This document shows, piece by piece, positions 25,280-37,720 of a DNA stretch of 64,000 nt. Origin of the DNA: Macrostomum lignano. Its lineage: Eukaryota. The position numbers and the translations under genes are program-made. The notes beneath the pieces were generated by a model. That model saw only the letters and a program-made list of their open reading frames with translations. It searched no databases and had not been told where the DNA came from. The stretch spans positions 1,612,001-1,676,000 of the forward strand of contig NIVC01000012.1 of NCBI GenBank assembly GCA_002269645.1. The letters run 5' to 3'. Numbering within the stretch: position 1 is the stretch's first letter; each line of letters opens with the position of its first letter.

Positions 25280-28134
25280 CTACACGTACATGTAATTGCC
25301 AGCCATGGCAGCTTCATAGCTTGGCGGCGGACTCGAAGACTCAGAAGCGTTTTCGCAATTATTATTAATATAATTGGGCTCAGCTCATTATTACCTGTGT
25401 TATACATAAAAACGCTTGCAGCATATCTAGGCTGCGTGCTTTGAAGTTCAACTGGCAAATATGAAAGGCCCAGCTGAAACTGCCGCTGCCGCTGCTGATG
25501 ATAGCGCAGAATCCTTTGATGGCGCCGCAAAGTCAGAGTCAGCGCTACAACAATAGCAGCTACAGTTATCAACAGAGTAGCTATATGGATGATTAAAATT
25601 TTTGACTATGTTAAATTCAGGTCTTGTGAAAGCTGTTCTGCCTACTTACCTAATTGGAAAATCCTCGCCATTAAGAAATATTGCATGCTCCCGCTGGTCT
25701 GCTGCACTTGCATCGCCACGGGTGAGCAGAGCTCCAACCCAGTAGCCTGCAGCAGCACTTTTACTTTCCATGGCGTCGGTCTCAGTCGTTAGTTTTTTCA
25801 AAGCTTCCAAATCCTGGCCAAAATGCATGGCCAGATTGGATCGCATTAGTCGACAACCGGTTTGTGCTTGGGGGAAATTGGCCAACGGCGAATGTCCAGT
25901 CGGGGTGCCAAAGCAGCGACTTATTTTGTTGTTTCTAATTGGCAACCAGCCGTGCGGACAATCAGTGACGAACTCCAACTGGTGAGAATGGAAGGCTTGA
26001 ACACAGCTTTTTAATGTTGACCCTATCTGTTGGTCAGTGTTGACCCTATCTGTTGGTCAGTGTTGACCCTATCTGTTGGTGAGTGTTGACCCTATCTGTT
26101 GGTCAGTGTTGACCCTATCTGTTGGTGAGTGTTGACCCTATCTGTTGGTGAGTGTTGACCCTATCTGTTGGTCAGTGTTGACCCTATCTGTTGGTGAGTG
26201 TTGACCCTATCTGTTGGTGAGTGTTGACCCTATCTGTTGGTGAGTGTTGACCCTATCTGTTGGTGAGTGTTGACCCTATCTGTTGGTCAGTGTTGACCCT
26301 ATCTGTTGGTGAGTGTTGACCCTATCTGTTGGTGAGTGTTGACCCTATCTGTTGGTCAGTGTTGACCCTATCTGTTGGTGAGTGTTGACCCTATCTGTTG
26401 GTGAGTGTTGACCCTATCTGTTGGTGAGTGTTGACCCTATCTGTTGGTGAGTGTTGACCCTATCTGTTGGTCAGTGTTGACCCTATCTGTTGGTGAGTGT
26501 TGACCCTATCTGTTGGTCAGTGTTGACCCTATCTGTTGGTGAGTGTTGACCCTATCTGTTGGTGAGTGTTGACCCTATCTGTTGGTGAGTGTTGACCCTA
26601 TCTGTTGGTCAGTGTTGACCCTATCTGTTGGTGAGTGTTGACCCTGTCTGTTGGTGAGTGTTGACCCTATCTGTTGGTGAATGTTGACCCTGTCTGTTGG
26701 TGAGTGTTGACCCTATCTGTTGGTGAGTGTTGACCCTATCTGTTGGTGAGTGTTGACCCTATCTGTTGGTGAGTGTTGACCCTATCTGTTGGTGAGTGTT
26801 GACCCCATCTGTTTGTCAGTGTTGACCTTATCTGTTTGTCAGTGTTGACCCTATCTGTTGGTCAGTGTTGACCCCATCTGTTTGTCAGTGTTGACCTTAT
26901 CTGTTTGTCAGTGTTGACCCTATCTGTTGGTCAGTGTTGACCCTATCTGTTGGTCAGTGTTGACCTTATCTGCTGGTCAGTGTTGACCCCATCTGTTTGT
27001 CAGTGTTGACCTTATCTGTTTGTCAGTGTTGACCCTATCTGTTGGTCAGTGTTGACCCTATCTGTTGGTCAGTGTTGACCTTATCTGCTGGTCAGTGTTG
27101 ACCCTATCTGTTGGTGAGTGTTGACCTTATCTGCTGGTCAGTGTTGACCCCATCTGTTGGTGAGTGTTGACCTTATCTGCTGGTCAGTGTTGACCCCATC
27201 TGTTGGTCAGTGTTGACCTTATCTGCTGGTGAGTGTTGACCCTATCTGTTGGTGAGTGTTGACCCTATCTGTTGGTGAGTGTTGACCCTATCTGTTGGTG
27301 AGTGTTGACCCTATCTGTTGGTGAGTGTTGACCCTATCTGTTGGTGAGTGTTGACCCCATCTGTTTGTCAGTGTTGACCTTATCTGTTTGTCAGTGTTGA
27401 CCCTATCTGTTGGTCAGTGTTGACCCCATCTGTTTGTCAGTGTTGACCTTATCTGTTTGTCAGTGTTGACCCTATCTGTTGGTCAGTGTTGACCCTATCT
27501 GTTGGTCAGTGTTGACCTTATCTGCTGGTCAGTGTTGACCCCATCTGTTTGTCAGTGTTGACCTTATCTGTTTGTCAGTGTTGACCCTATCTGTTGGTCA
27601 GTGTTGACCCTATCTGTTGGTCAGTGTTGACCCCATCTGTTGGTCAGTGTTGACTATCTGTTGGTCAGTGTTGACCCCATCTGTTGGTCAGTGTTGACTA
27701 TCTGTTGGTGAGTGTTGACCTTATCTGTTTGTCACAAACATTAAAGCGTTTAAAGCGTCTAAACATTATAGCGTTTTGTATACAGGTATGGCTTCAAGAT
27801 ACGAACACTGGAACTGCAGTCCTTAAGAAAAAACTTACCTGCACACTAATAGAGTCCTCAGCACCTGTTGCTCCCCTTATTAGCAGATAAGCTGAATTGC
27901 CTTTCGTTGCAAAGCTTCAATAAATAGACTGGTTGAATTTGAACACCTGAGCTATGGTTGAACTTGCCAGAAATGAATCTTGCAAAATCAGCGCGGAACC
28001 ATTCGAGTCCATGTTGTCAAGCAGTCTAATAGCATAGTAACCAGGTGAATAAATTCGATTTGGCTTCATCAACTGAAACGTGACAACGAGAACTTGTCGC
28101 GGTGATTGAGACGGTTGCTTTAATTGGTGACTTT
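25280..28134 (-). pseudogene. Disrupted type-I membrane receptor gene: CUB-like exon, C-type-lectin-like exon, TM, PPxY tail
   Basis: Exon 28134->27839 ends in CAG|GTAAGT and has an in-frame TGA at 27917-27919. Exon 25978->25650 (CCAG|, AG|GTAAGT) encodes CPHGW...RCF...FPQAQTGC...LA...YWVG. After a 44-nt intron comes ILIIHIATLLITVAAIVVALTLTLRRHQR (TM), then SSSPPPSYEAAMAGNYMYV*. Two 1-bp frame corrections are needed (~25597-25603 and ~25385). Confidence 0.55.
26015..27730. repeat. Intronic 23-bp minisatellite (GTGTTGACCCTATCTGTTGGT[G/C]A)n
   Basis: Direct inspection; a variant block near 26.8-27.1 kb recurs near 27.35-27.6 kb. Confidence 0.96.
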
Positions 28135-28249
28135 CTAGGAATTATGAGCATAGGCGTTGCCGAACTGCTGTACCAGTGAGAGCACTGGGAGTTGGTCTTT
28201 GTCGCACAGCACTGCTTTTCAACAGCAATTCTGACGATTGCCACTATTA

Positions 28250-28668
28250 ATAGCCGGAGTGCCCATCCCACGGAACGAGTTTGTGAGGCACCGCAACCTG
28301 CTGCGCAAGGCGCTGGGCGTGCGCTACCCGGCCGTCCTCACGACGGCCCAGCTGATGGCGAGATCGAAATCGCCGTCCCTCAGCGCCACCCTCCGCCGGC
28401 GTCGCCAGGCCCTGCTGGGACACTGCCTGCGGCGGTTCGCCCGCGGCGACGACAACCCGCTCGGACTGGCCGCTCTGCACCCGCCGACCGAACGGTTCCG
28501 CCGCGGCCAAGGGCGGACCCAGACGCCTTGAGGGACACTTGTTGCCGACCTGGAGGCAATTGGACTGACCCCCCAGACTGCTGCGACCTGCCCTGCCCAT
28601 CTTTTCCGCAATCGTGTGCGCGCTAGCGCCCCTCGACCCTAGCGTCGTTGTAATGTAATGTAATGTAA
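28250..28668 (+). mobile_element. 5'-truncated RTE-type LINE 3' end with (TGTAA)n tail
   Basis: HRNLLRKALGVRYP...LSATLRRRRQALLGHCLRR...RRGQGRTQT matches the RTE RT C-terminal R.LR.ILG...RR..W.GH..R pattern; short tandem-repeat tail. Confidence 0.8.
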
Positions 28669-29250
28669 CATCCTTGTTACTCACATCACATTCTTGTTAC
28701 TCACATCACATCCTTGTTACTCACATCACATTCTTGTTACTCACATCACATTCTTGTCACTCACATCGCATCTTGTTAATCACATCGCATCCTTGTCACT
28801 CACATCACATCCTTGTTACTCACATCGCATCCTTGTTAATCACATTGCATCCTTGTCACTCACATCACATCCTTGTTACTCACATCGCATCCTTGTTACT
28901 CACATCGCATCCTTGTTACTCACATCGCATCCTTGTTACTCACATCACATCCTTGTTACTCACATCACATCCTTGTTACTTACATCACATTCTTTTTAAT
29001 CACATCGCATCCTTGTTACTCACATCACATCCTTGTTACTTACATCACATTATTTTTATTCACATCGCATTCTTGTTACTCACATCACATCCTTGTTACT
29101 CACATCACATCCTTGTTACTCACATCACATATCCTTGTCACTCACATCACATCCTTGTTACCCACATCACTTATCCTTGTCACTCACATCACATCCTTGT
29201 TACTCACATCACATATCCCTGTCACTCGCATCACATCCTTGTTACTCGCA
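28668..29250. repeat. 20-bp minisatellite (ATCCTTGTTACTCACATCAC)n
   Basis: Direct inspection; starts at the RTE tail. Confidence 0.94.
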
Positions 29251-29924
29251 TCGCATTTTTGGTACATGCATGAAATTGCAATATGTATACAGATCATTTC
29301 AAGTGTAGCTATGTAAAAATAAGAAAATGAACAGAACTAACTCGTTGCTCAAGTATTTTCATATTAAAAAAACAATTTTGTGGTGTACAATTTTAGTAAA
29401 ATAATTTCGAACAGTAAAAATATCCGACAGGTGCAAAAACAACGACAAAAATATGATTACGCAATCGATAAAAATTGTTCAATAATTTCGTTACAAAAAT
29501 CGATATGCTCAAGGGAATGTGTGGCTCTGCTCTATATAAAGGCATTTAGTATACGCAATTATAATTGAAAATATTATTGATTTTAAGTAAACTTTCCAGC
29601 AATTAAATAAAAATCTATTTAAATACGTGTCTGTCGGTTGGTGACTTGCAGTATGTGGCTAACTAAAACTAACTTGGTACAGATGAGTACCGCGTATTTT
29701 TAATATACATTATTTACAGTCCATGTACATATTTGGAGAAATATGGATTAGGCTTCTTGAGCGTTGGCTCTCTTGCATTTGAGTTGCTGGGTGGTGAGGC
29801 TTAGAGTACTGTGGGAGTGAAGTTTTACAAATCTTCGAAGTGAATTTGACAGAAGGAAATGTAGAAAATTATTAGTCAGAAGAGGTACCAGCTAAAATTG
29901 GAGAGCTAGAAAGGGGAGGGGTAG

Positions 29925-30670
29925 GCAGGAGGGGTAGACAGAAGGGGTAGACAGAAGGGGTAGACAGGAGGGTAGACAGAAGGGGTAGACAGAAGGGGTA
30001 GACAGGAGGGTAGACAGAAGGGGTAGACAGGAGGGTAGACAGAAGGGGTAGACAGGAGGGGTAGACAGCAGGGTAGACAAGAGGGGTAGACAGCAGGGTA
30101 GACAAGAGGGGTAGACAGCAGGGTAGACAAGAGGGGTAGACAGAAGGGGTAGACAAGAGGGGTAGACAGAAGGGGTAGACAGGAGGGGTAGACAGAAGGG
30201 GTAGACAGGAGGGTAGACAGAAGGGGTAGACAGGAGGGTAAACAGAAGGGGTAGACAGGAGGGGTAGACAGAAGGGGTAGACAGGAGGGTAGACAGAAGG
30301 GGTAGACAGGAGGGTAAACAGAAGGGGTAGACAGGAGGGGTAGACAGCAGGGTAGACAAGAGGGGTAGACAGCAGGGTAGACAAGAGGGGTAGACAGAAG
30401 GGGTAGACAAGAGGGGTAGACAGAAGGGGTAGACAAGAGGGGTAGACAGAAGGGGTAGACAGGAGGGGTAGACAGGAGGGGTAGACAGGAGGGGTAGACA
30501 GGAGGGGTAGACAGGAGGGGTAGACAGGCGGGGTAGACAGGAGGGGTAGACAGAAGGGGTAGACAGAAGGCGAAGGGGTAGACAGAAGGGGTAGACAGGA
30601 GGGGTAGACAGGAGGGGTAGACAGGAGGGGTAGACAGGAGGGGTAGACAGAAGGGGTAGACAGGAGGGTA
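29925..30670. repeat. 13-bp G-rich minisatellite (AG[A/G]AGGGGTAGAC)n downstream of the ABHD8 stop
   Basis: Direct inspection. Confidence 0.95.
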
Positions 30671-30790
30671 GAGAGAATAGGTAGAGAAGGGAATGGTAGA
30701 AGGGTGAGACACAGCAATGGTAGACAGTGGTAGAGAAGGGAAGAAGGTAGAGAAGAGAGCCAAATCCAGCTGTCAGAGAGGCAGCGGGTG

Positions 30791-31144
30791 CTACAACTGC
30801 AGTGCTGGATTGTCAACTCCCTCGCTAGCAATTGCAGTTCCAATTGGCGCAGTTTGGCTCAGACTCGGATCCGACCTCTCTTGACTACCCCGACGCTCCC
30901 GACGTCGCTGCTGGCGCCGCTGACTGTGTCGAATTTCTCCGGTAGCAAAGATTGGCGGCGGCAGAGGCGGGACCCGACCGTGACCGACGGGTCTGACGGA
31001 GCCCAGGAATTGGTCGAGATGGGCGTTCACGGTTTCTGGGGCCTCTAAAGTGACCAGGTGACCGGCGTTGGGTACTCGAACTAATCTAGCCAGGGGCAGT
31101 GTCTCCAGCATCCATTCTTCATCCTCTGCGGAGACTAGGCGATC
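30791..31144 (-). CDS. ABHD8: Alpha/beta hydrolase ABHD8, last exon (catalytic Asp and His)
   Basis: Acceptor ACCAG|GAT at 31144; DRLVSAEDEEWM...GHLVTLEAPETVN aligns with ABHD8 DKFVPVEEDQRM...SHMVMLECPETVN. Confidence 0.88.
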   Translation of the reverse strand, partial: DRLVSAEDEEWMLETLPLARLVRVPNAGHLVTLEAPETVNAHLDQFLGSVRPVGHGRVPPLPPPIFATGEIRHSQRRQQRRRERRGSQERSDPSLSQTAPIGTAIASEGVDNPALQL

Positions 31145-31179
31145 CTGGTTGTACATTTAGAGGGTGGTTGCCAATGTGA

Positions 31180-31970
31180 TCCAGACCAGCTCCAAAAGTC
31201 AACAACACACTCCAGACCAGCTCCAAAAGTCAACAACACACTCCAGACCAGATCCAACAGTCAACAACACACTCCAGACCAGCTCCAAAAGTCAACAACA
31301 CACTCCAGACCAGCTCCAAAAGTCAACAACACACTCCAGACCAGATCCAACAGTCAACAACACACTCCAGACCAGCTCCAAAAGTCAACAACACACTCCA
31401 GACCAGCTCCAAAAGTCAACAACACACTCCAGACCAGCTCCAACAGCCATCAACTGTGATCAACAACACAACCCAGACCAGCTCCAACAGTTAACAACAC
31501 ACTCCATACCAGCTCCAACAGCCAACAACACACTCCAGACCAGCTCCAACAGCCATCAACAACACAACCCAGACCAGCTCCAACAGTTAACAACACACTC
31601 CAGACCAGCTCCAACAGCCGACAACACAACACAACCCAGACCAGCTCCAACAGTTAACAACACACTCCATACCAGCTCCAACAGCCAACAACACACTCCA
31701 GACCAGCTCCAACAGCCATCAACAACACAACCCAGACCAGCTCCAACAGTTAACAACACACTCCATACCAGCTCCAGCAGCCAACAACACACTCCAGACC
31801 AGCTCCAACAGCCGACAACACAACACAACCCAGACCAGCTCCAACAGTTAACAACACACTCCAGACCAGCTCCAACAGTCAACAACACACTCCAGACCAG
31901 CTCCAACAGCCAACAACACACTCCAGACCAGCTCCAACAGCCAACAACACACTCCAGACCAGCTCCAACC
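31180..31970. repeat. Intronic ~30-bp CA-rich minisatellite (CCAGACCAGCTCCAACAGTCAACAACACACT)
   Basis: Direct inspection; ABHD8 intron. Confidence 0.92.
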
Positions 31971-32005
31971 TTCACGCAGGATCCAGATCTTTACCAGCCT
32001 CTCAC

Positions 32006-32503
32006 CTCGCAGCCGTGCATGAGCATCACAGGCGCTGCCACCGTCCTGTGATAGTCAACGCCGCCCTCCGGCCAGTCTTGGCCCACCAGCGTCCACGCCA
32101 GCACCTCTGGCGGCGCCTCCAACAGCGCGGGACTCGAACGGCGACCCAGCGGCGGACGCGAGCGCGGCGCAAACGCTAATCTTCTGGCTAAGCAGCGACA
32201 GAACGCATTGCAACAGCAACTACAGAAACAGCAGCAGCTTAAACAGACTGGCGCCCCACCTAGCGCGCTCGGTCCGCCGCCGGACACGAGAGCGGCGCGG
32301 GAGATTCTTTTCGATCGTTCGACGCACAGCCTGGCAGCAAACGCCGTGCCGTAGGAATGCGCAATAACGGCGTTGCGCTTGCCCGGGGCGGCAAATCTGT
32401 CAAACAAACTTAGCGCGTCCAACCACAGCGACTCGAATGTGTAATCCGGGCCTGAGCTGCTCACTGGACTGCAACCGTGACCCAAGAGGTCCATGGCTAC
32501 CAC
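32006..32503 (-). CDS. ABHD8: ABHD8 middle exon (nucleophile Ser)
   Basis: Acceptor ACAG|GTG at 32503 and donor GAG|GTGAGA; VVAMDLLGHG, AHSYG, SGGGPSAL, GQDWPEG..YH and PVMLMHG match ABHD8. Confidence 0.9.
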
Positions 32504-32594
32504 CTGTATTGGAGGAATTTTAACAATAGTTTAACATATATTTGTACTGTAATTTCAGGTCGAAGGTCGTTAGAAGCCTATTTCAGACACTTAA

Positions 32595-32790
32595 CAGACC
32601 CAACACGCCCAACCCTAGCACAACCACCCCAACCTACCAACCCTAGCACAACAAACCCAACACACCAACCCTAGCGCAACCACCCCAACCTACCAACCCT
32701 AGCGCAACCACCCAACACACCAACCCTAGCACAACCACCCCAACACACCAACCCTAGCACAACCACCACAACACACCAACCCTAGCACAA
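32595..32790. repeat. Intronic ~28-bp repeat (ACCCTAGC[A/G]CAACCACCCCAACCTACCA)
   Basis: Direct inspection; ABHD8 intron. Confidence 0.85.
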
Positions 32791-32804
32791 CGAGTCTCTC
32801 AAAC

Positions 32805-33140
32805 CTCGTATCCCATTCGATGCAGAAAGCCAATCTGAAAGAAAAACACGTCGCAACTGCCACCAACGCCGTGGAAGAAAAACACAGTGCGTATTTGTTC
32901 CTCATCTGGTTCAGCTTCAAGAGCTTCATTGGCGATTGTAAATTTGTTGAAAATTGAAGGAAAACCATCAAACACGGCGCAGGTTGGATCGCCTGGCAAC
33001 AAGTGGCACACCGCTATTGGAGGCCGATTCTGTTGAACTTGCAGCAGACAGCGGGGCAGAGCTGGAGTCGGAGTGATGGCCTGCGAGTTTGAGGCCACAT
33101 TGATACCCCTGTGACGCGCTCTGCACATGGTGGAGCCCAT
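32805..33140 (-). CDS. ABHD8: ABHD8 first identified coding exon
   Basis: VFFFHGVGGS...QIGFLHRMGYE matches ABHD8 FFIHGVGGS...QLDFFVRLGYE; donor GAG|GTTTGA is phase 0. The ATG at 33140 is directly preceded by AG, so further 5' exons are possible. Confidence 0.85.
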
Positions 33141-34698
33141 CTTGACATACTATTATACTTTATTCCCCAATGGCCCTGCAATGCCAAGTAAGAAAATAAA
33201 AACTTGTATATAGATTAATGATGATAAACAAACTTGGCAAACCATATATAGGTTGATATATTAAACACATTGTGACTCTTATATTTCGTTGATAAAAGTT
33301 TAACATTTCAGACAAAATTAATTTTTAATATTTTAAATCAGGAATGGAAATTCATAGTTTTAGCTAGAATCTAGTCATTTTCATTGGCAAAAAACTACAC
33401 AAAGGTCATTATGTCACTATAGGACAAAATTGACAATGTTTTCATTGCTAGCAACATAAATATGTGCATCATACTTTTATGGCACTGTGCCATAAATTCT
33501 ATAATCAGCACATTGTCAAGTTTTTTTGTATCATCTCTAAATCAAGATTCTCTAAAAAAGCTAGGAATTAATTTTGCTGAGAAAAAACATTAAAGACAAA
33601 AATACAGACTGAAACTCTAATATTTTGAGCCTTATAAAATTAGATTACATTGTGCTGCACTGCAGTAGCATAGTTGTAATTTATGCTGAAGATAGTTTGA
33701 AAAATCAACGCATGAATAAATTGAATATATAAAATAAGTTCGTTTTGACAATTAGACATTAAAGTTCAATTATAACAGGTTTTATTAGTTGGTTTGTTAT
33801 GTTATGTTAATATTAAAAACTAAATCAATTGTAAGTTTTGTCTTTTATACAATTTATATACAATACCTTTCTATTTCTAATAATTATAGCTAAAAACTAA
33901 AAAACCTTCTCTATCTATAACTCGACTATAGACATAGTATAACGTATATGTTCAACAAAATGAAAAAAATGGTATGGGTAGTTTATCTTAGAACTATTTT
34001 GAAGTTTTTTTGCCGCTCTCGTACATCTTGGGCCTAAGGCTATTTTTAGTCTCATAAACTTTAAGTTTCATAAACTTTCATTTTTTAGTTTCAATCATAA
34101 AATAATCGTCTTGACAAGTCAAAAAAGATAGGTGTAAACAATTTGACACAATAACAAAAAGGAACTTATAGTACTTGTCACTAAAAATATACAGAACTAA
34201 AGCCTGTTTATCCTTAGTAATATAGAGTGTTCTTTACAATAAGCGTAAGCATTTTAATTAGTTTAACAGAACTTGTTTTACCGTTAATTTTACGGCGTAA
34301 CTGAACTTAACAATAGAAAAACGGGACTGATACTTTTATAATTTGCAGTCCAATGGCAACTGTTAACAACTTGTTTTTGTGTTAGGGTTAACACGTGCAG
34401 CTTGCTTGTTGCTGTAATTCTGGCATGTGCGATTTTATTATTACATAATACATGTACATATATGTAATGCCGATTATTAAGCTTATGACATCACTTGTGG
34501 TAGCTGGCCTACATCTACATGCAGGCAAACATCTAGGGCATGTTTGTTTAGTTTAGACAAATATGCCCTAGGCCTTATCCTAGTCCTTCTTAAGTTTAGT
34601 GTTTAGTTCGACTTCGACGTAGGGTAGGGCTATAAAACAAAGACTTTAAGTAGTTGCATAAGAATAATTGCTTAGTAAATCTAAATGATATAAAACAA

Positions 34699-35564
34699 GG
34701 CAGTGCTTATTTAGCTGGCACCGGCCGAATAAGTTCGCTACTATTTAGCCGGCAGTCCTGCCCCACTGCCGGTCAAATAATTGCGTCACTATTTAGCCGG
34801 CAATCCTGGCCCCCAATGGCCACGCCCATATATATATTTATTTGAGATATTTAAACTTTGGGCAATACAAAGTATAGGTAAAGCGAATATAAATCAATGC
34901 AGATTCAGTACAATTTATTACTTGCCTTCAAGTTTGTTTAATTGTTTCTGGAAGTCTTGCATATTCCGGAAATTATTTGTAGCAGCAGAAGACACATTAA
35001 CAATTAAAAAATTAATTATGCATGTTTTACTTTCACTTTAATCTCTGAATCAAAAAAACTCCAAAATTGTAGGATAAATAATTAGCTTGTAGCATGTTAA
35101 ATTATTAATTTAAGGTCATGACGAGCAGTGCGCAGTTATAAAATGTATAAATGTATTTTGACCAGCGTGGCCATTGGGGCCAGGACTGCCGGCTAAATAG
35201 TGACGCAATTATTTGACCGGCAGTGGGGCAGGACTGCCGGCTAAATAGTGACGCGATTATTTGACCGGCAGTGGGGCAGGACTGCCGGCTAAATAGTGAC
35301 GAGCTTATTTGACCGGCAGTAGGGCAGGACTGCCGGCTAAATAGTGACGAGCTTATTTGACCGGCAGTGGGGCAGGACTGCCGGCTAAATAGTGACGAGC
35401 TTATTTGACCGGCAGTAGGGCAGGACTGCCGGCTAAATAGTGACGAGCTTATTTGACCGGCAGTGGGGCAGGACTGCCGGCTAAATAGTGACGAGCTTAT
35501 TCGGCCGGTGCCGGCTAAATAGTAGCAAACTTATTCGACCGGTGCCGGCTAAATAAGCACTGCC
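34699..35564. mobile_element. MITE with GGCAGTG...CACTGCC TIRs, 9-bp TSD and 48-bp subterminal repeats (MULE- or Merlin-like)
   Basis: ATAAAACAA at 34690-34698 and 35565-35573; the terminal ~130 bp are inverted; the right arm carries ~6 copies of a 48-bp unit. Confidence 0.88.
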
Positions 35565-37504
35565 ATAAAACAATTAGCTAGATATGATATAGCAGATAGG
35601 CCTATTGCCCTGGGGCCTGGGCTAGGTTTATAACAAAACAGTTCAATTCCAATAACATTTATCAAATGTTAATTACACAGTTACACTATTTAGCAGGCCT
35701 ATACTTTGACTAAGTTAGGCCTAAGAATTTAGGCCTAGGCTATTTGTTTGTTAAGACCAAGTTGGTTTCAAATATTTGTATAGGGCCTAAATTTGTTTTT
35801 TAGGCCTATAAATAAATCTTTAAGGGGAGCCAATTAATTTGGTGATAGGTTGACTCGGCAACAACCAATTTGGCAACAGTCAGTTTGATGACATATGAGG
35901 GGGCAGTTAGGGTAGGGCCTAAAACAAGGCAGTAATTTTTCATCTAGGCCTTTTGCATTAAGTTTGCATGTTTACTCCGATTTCAAAATAAGCTAATAGG
36001 AAGTCCAATGAGATTTTTTTTTTTTTGAATTTTTGATACTATATGATAGACATTTGTTGTATGACTGTATAAGTAAAATGATACCTTACTTTTGATTTTG
36101 GTTGAGCAATAAAAAAGTTAGGCCTATCCCGCCTATAACACTTTTAAGCCTAGTTTTAGTGTCATATTTTTTTACATTTCCATAATGCAATTTTCCCATA
36201 AAGCATTGTGATCATTTTTGCTCAAAAAGTATAAATTTCTAAGTTATAGATAGATGACAGACATAACTTTTGTACTATTCAATGGATTTTCATTCCTTAT
36301 GTATCATTTTTTAGTATTCTTCTTGTAGATTATTTTGTATTAGTGCTTTGCAAAATACAACTAATAGTTTTTATTTTATTCTCAAAATAATAATATGCCA
36401 TATATGGAATTTTAATCCTTTACACCATAAATAAGCCACTTTTGTCTTTATATAGATCATCCAGATATAACACCAAGCCAATCTAGCTAGCTAAAAAGGG
36501 GCCAGCCAAAGTAAGCTGCAAAAAACACTTCTAAACATTCTAAAAGTAGTACTAATTAGCTGATAAAGCATTTAGCCCTTATAATATAGTTATAGTTATT
36601 TTTGCTGTTTTTAAATTTTTAAATTATTAGGCTTATTGGCTGTATTATCTTCTAGGGTATAGAAAGGAGTCAGAGGACTATTATGATTATGATGTCTTTT
36701 AATTCTTAACTATAACTGACTATAGAACTAATTAAAGATTATAGTCTTACTTATTTGCCAATAATATAATATAGAAAATTGGTTATTAAAAAGCTAGGAC
36801 TATCCAAAACTAGATAGTTTGACAGATAAGATATGGACTCAGAGGTTAAGATAAGAAGAATTATTGAAAGAGAGTGAGCTTCCATTTTTATACCTTATCT
36901 TTCTCTCAGCCTTCCTTTCAAAACAAGAAGAAATAGTTTGCCTTGCAGCCATATAGCTTAGCTAGCTATAGGCCTACAACTATTAAATGTTCATTGACAT
37001 TAGTTTAGGCCTCTTATATGTTTATAATTATAACCTATAATAGCATTACAAGGTTTAAATTATATAAGTGTCATAATTAGACTATACATTGCTATTTAAT
37101 ATCTTTCGTCTTAATTTAGAATACTAGTCTTAGCACTAGATAAAAAGTTTAAATCTTATATAGGAGATACATACATATTTATGCTAAGGTATAAAATGCC
37201 ATCTATTATTTATATTTGTTTCTTTTCTAAATTTAATTATATTAGGCCTACTTTTTGTAACTAATATGTTTATATAGTTTAGCTATACTAGGACCTATTA
37301 TATAAGTCTTTATCTTAGGCTAGGAAGCTAAATGTATATACTAAATTCTAAATACTAACATGCTAAATTCCTTTCTATTTTATTACTTAACACTTTTCTT
37401 CTCTACCTTATTTATATTGCACAATTATTTTCCTCTTGTTTATCATGCCATACCATATTGCCAAAGGGAAAAAGGTCTATTAGCTATGCTAGGACCTCTG
37501 CTAG

Positions 37505-37720
37505 GGTCCATGAGAAATGCCCGCAGTCAAATTACCCACTGAGATTTGCCCGCGGAGATTTGCCCACCAAGCTTTTCTTGCCTAGATTTGCTCGTAGTGC
37601 ATTTTGCCCGTGAGCAAATTGCCTGTGGAGATTTGCCCGCCGAGAATTGCCCGCCGAAATTTGCCCGCAGTGCAATTTGCCCGCGAGTGAATTGCTCACA
37701 AGCGAGTTGCCCGCTAAGCC
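37505..37720. repeat. Cluster of ATTTGCCCGC-like motifs, probably a subterminal array of a MITE
   Basis: About 10 spaced TTGCCCGC-like motifs in GC-richer sequence within AT-rich DNA; no TIR or TSD identified. Confidence 0.5.

Noticed and set aside
27917-27919. Selenocysteine or programmed readthrough at the in-frame TGA
   Set aside because: No SECIS seen, no redox motif, and the same gene has two other lesions.
35180-35520. CRISPR-like palindromic repeats
   Set aside because: No unique spacers or cas genes; eukaryotic context; the repeats lie inside a TIR/TSD-bounded MITE.
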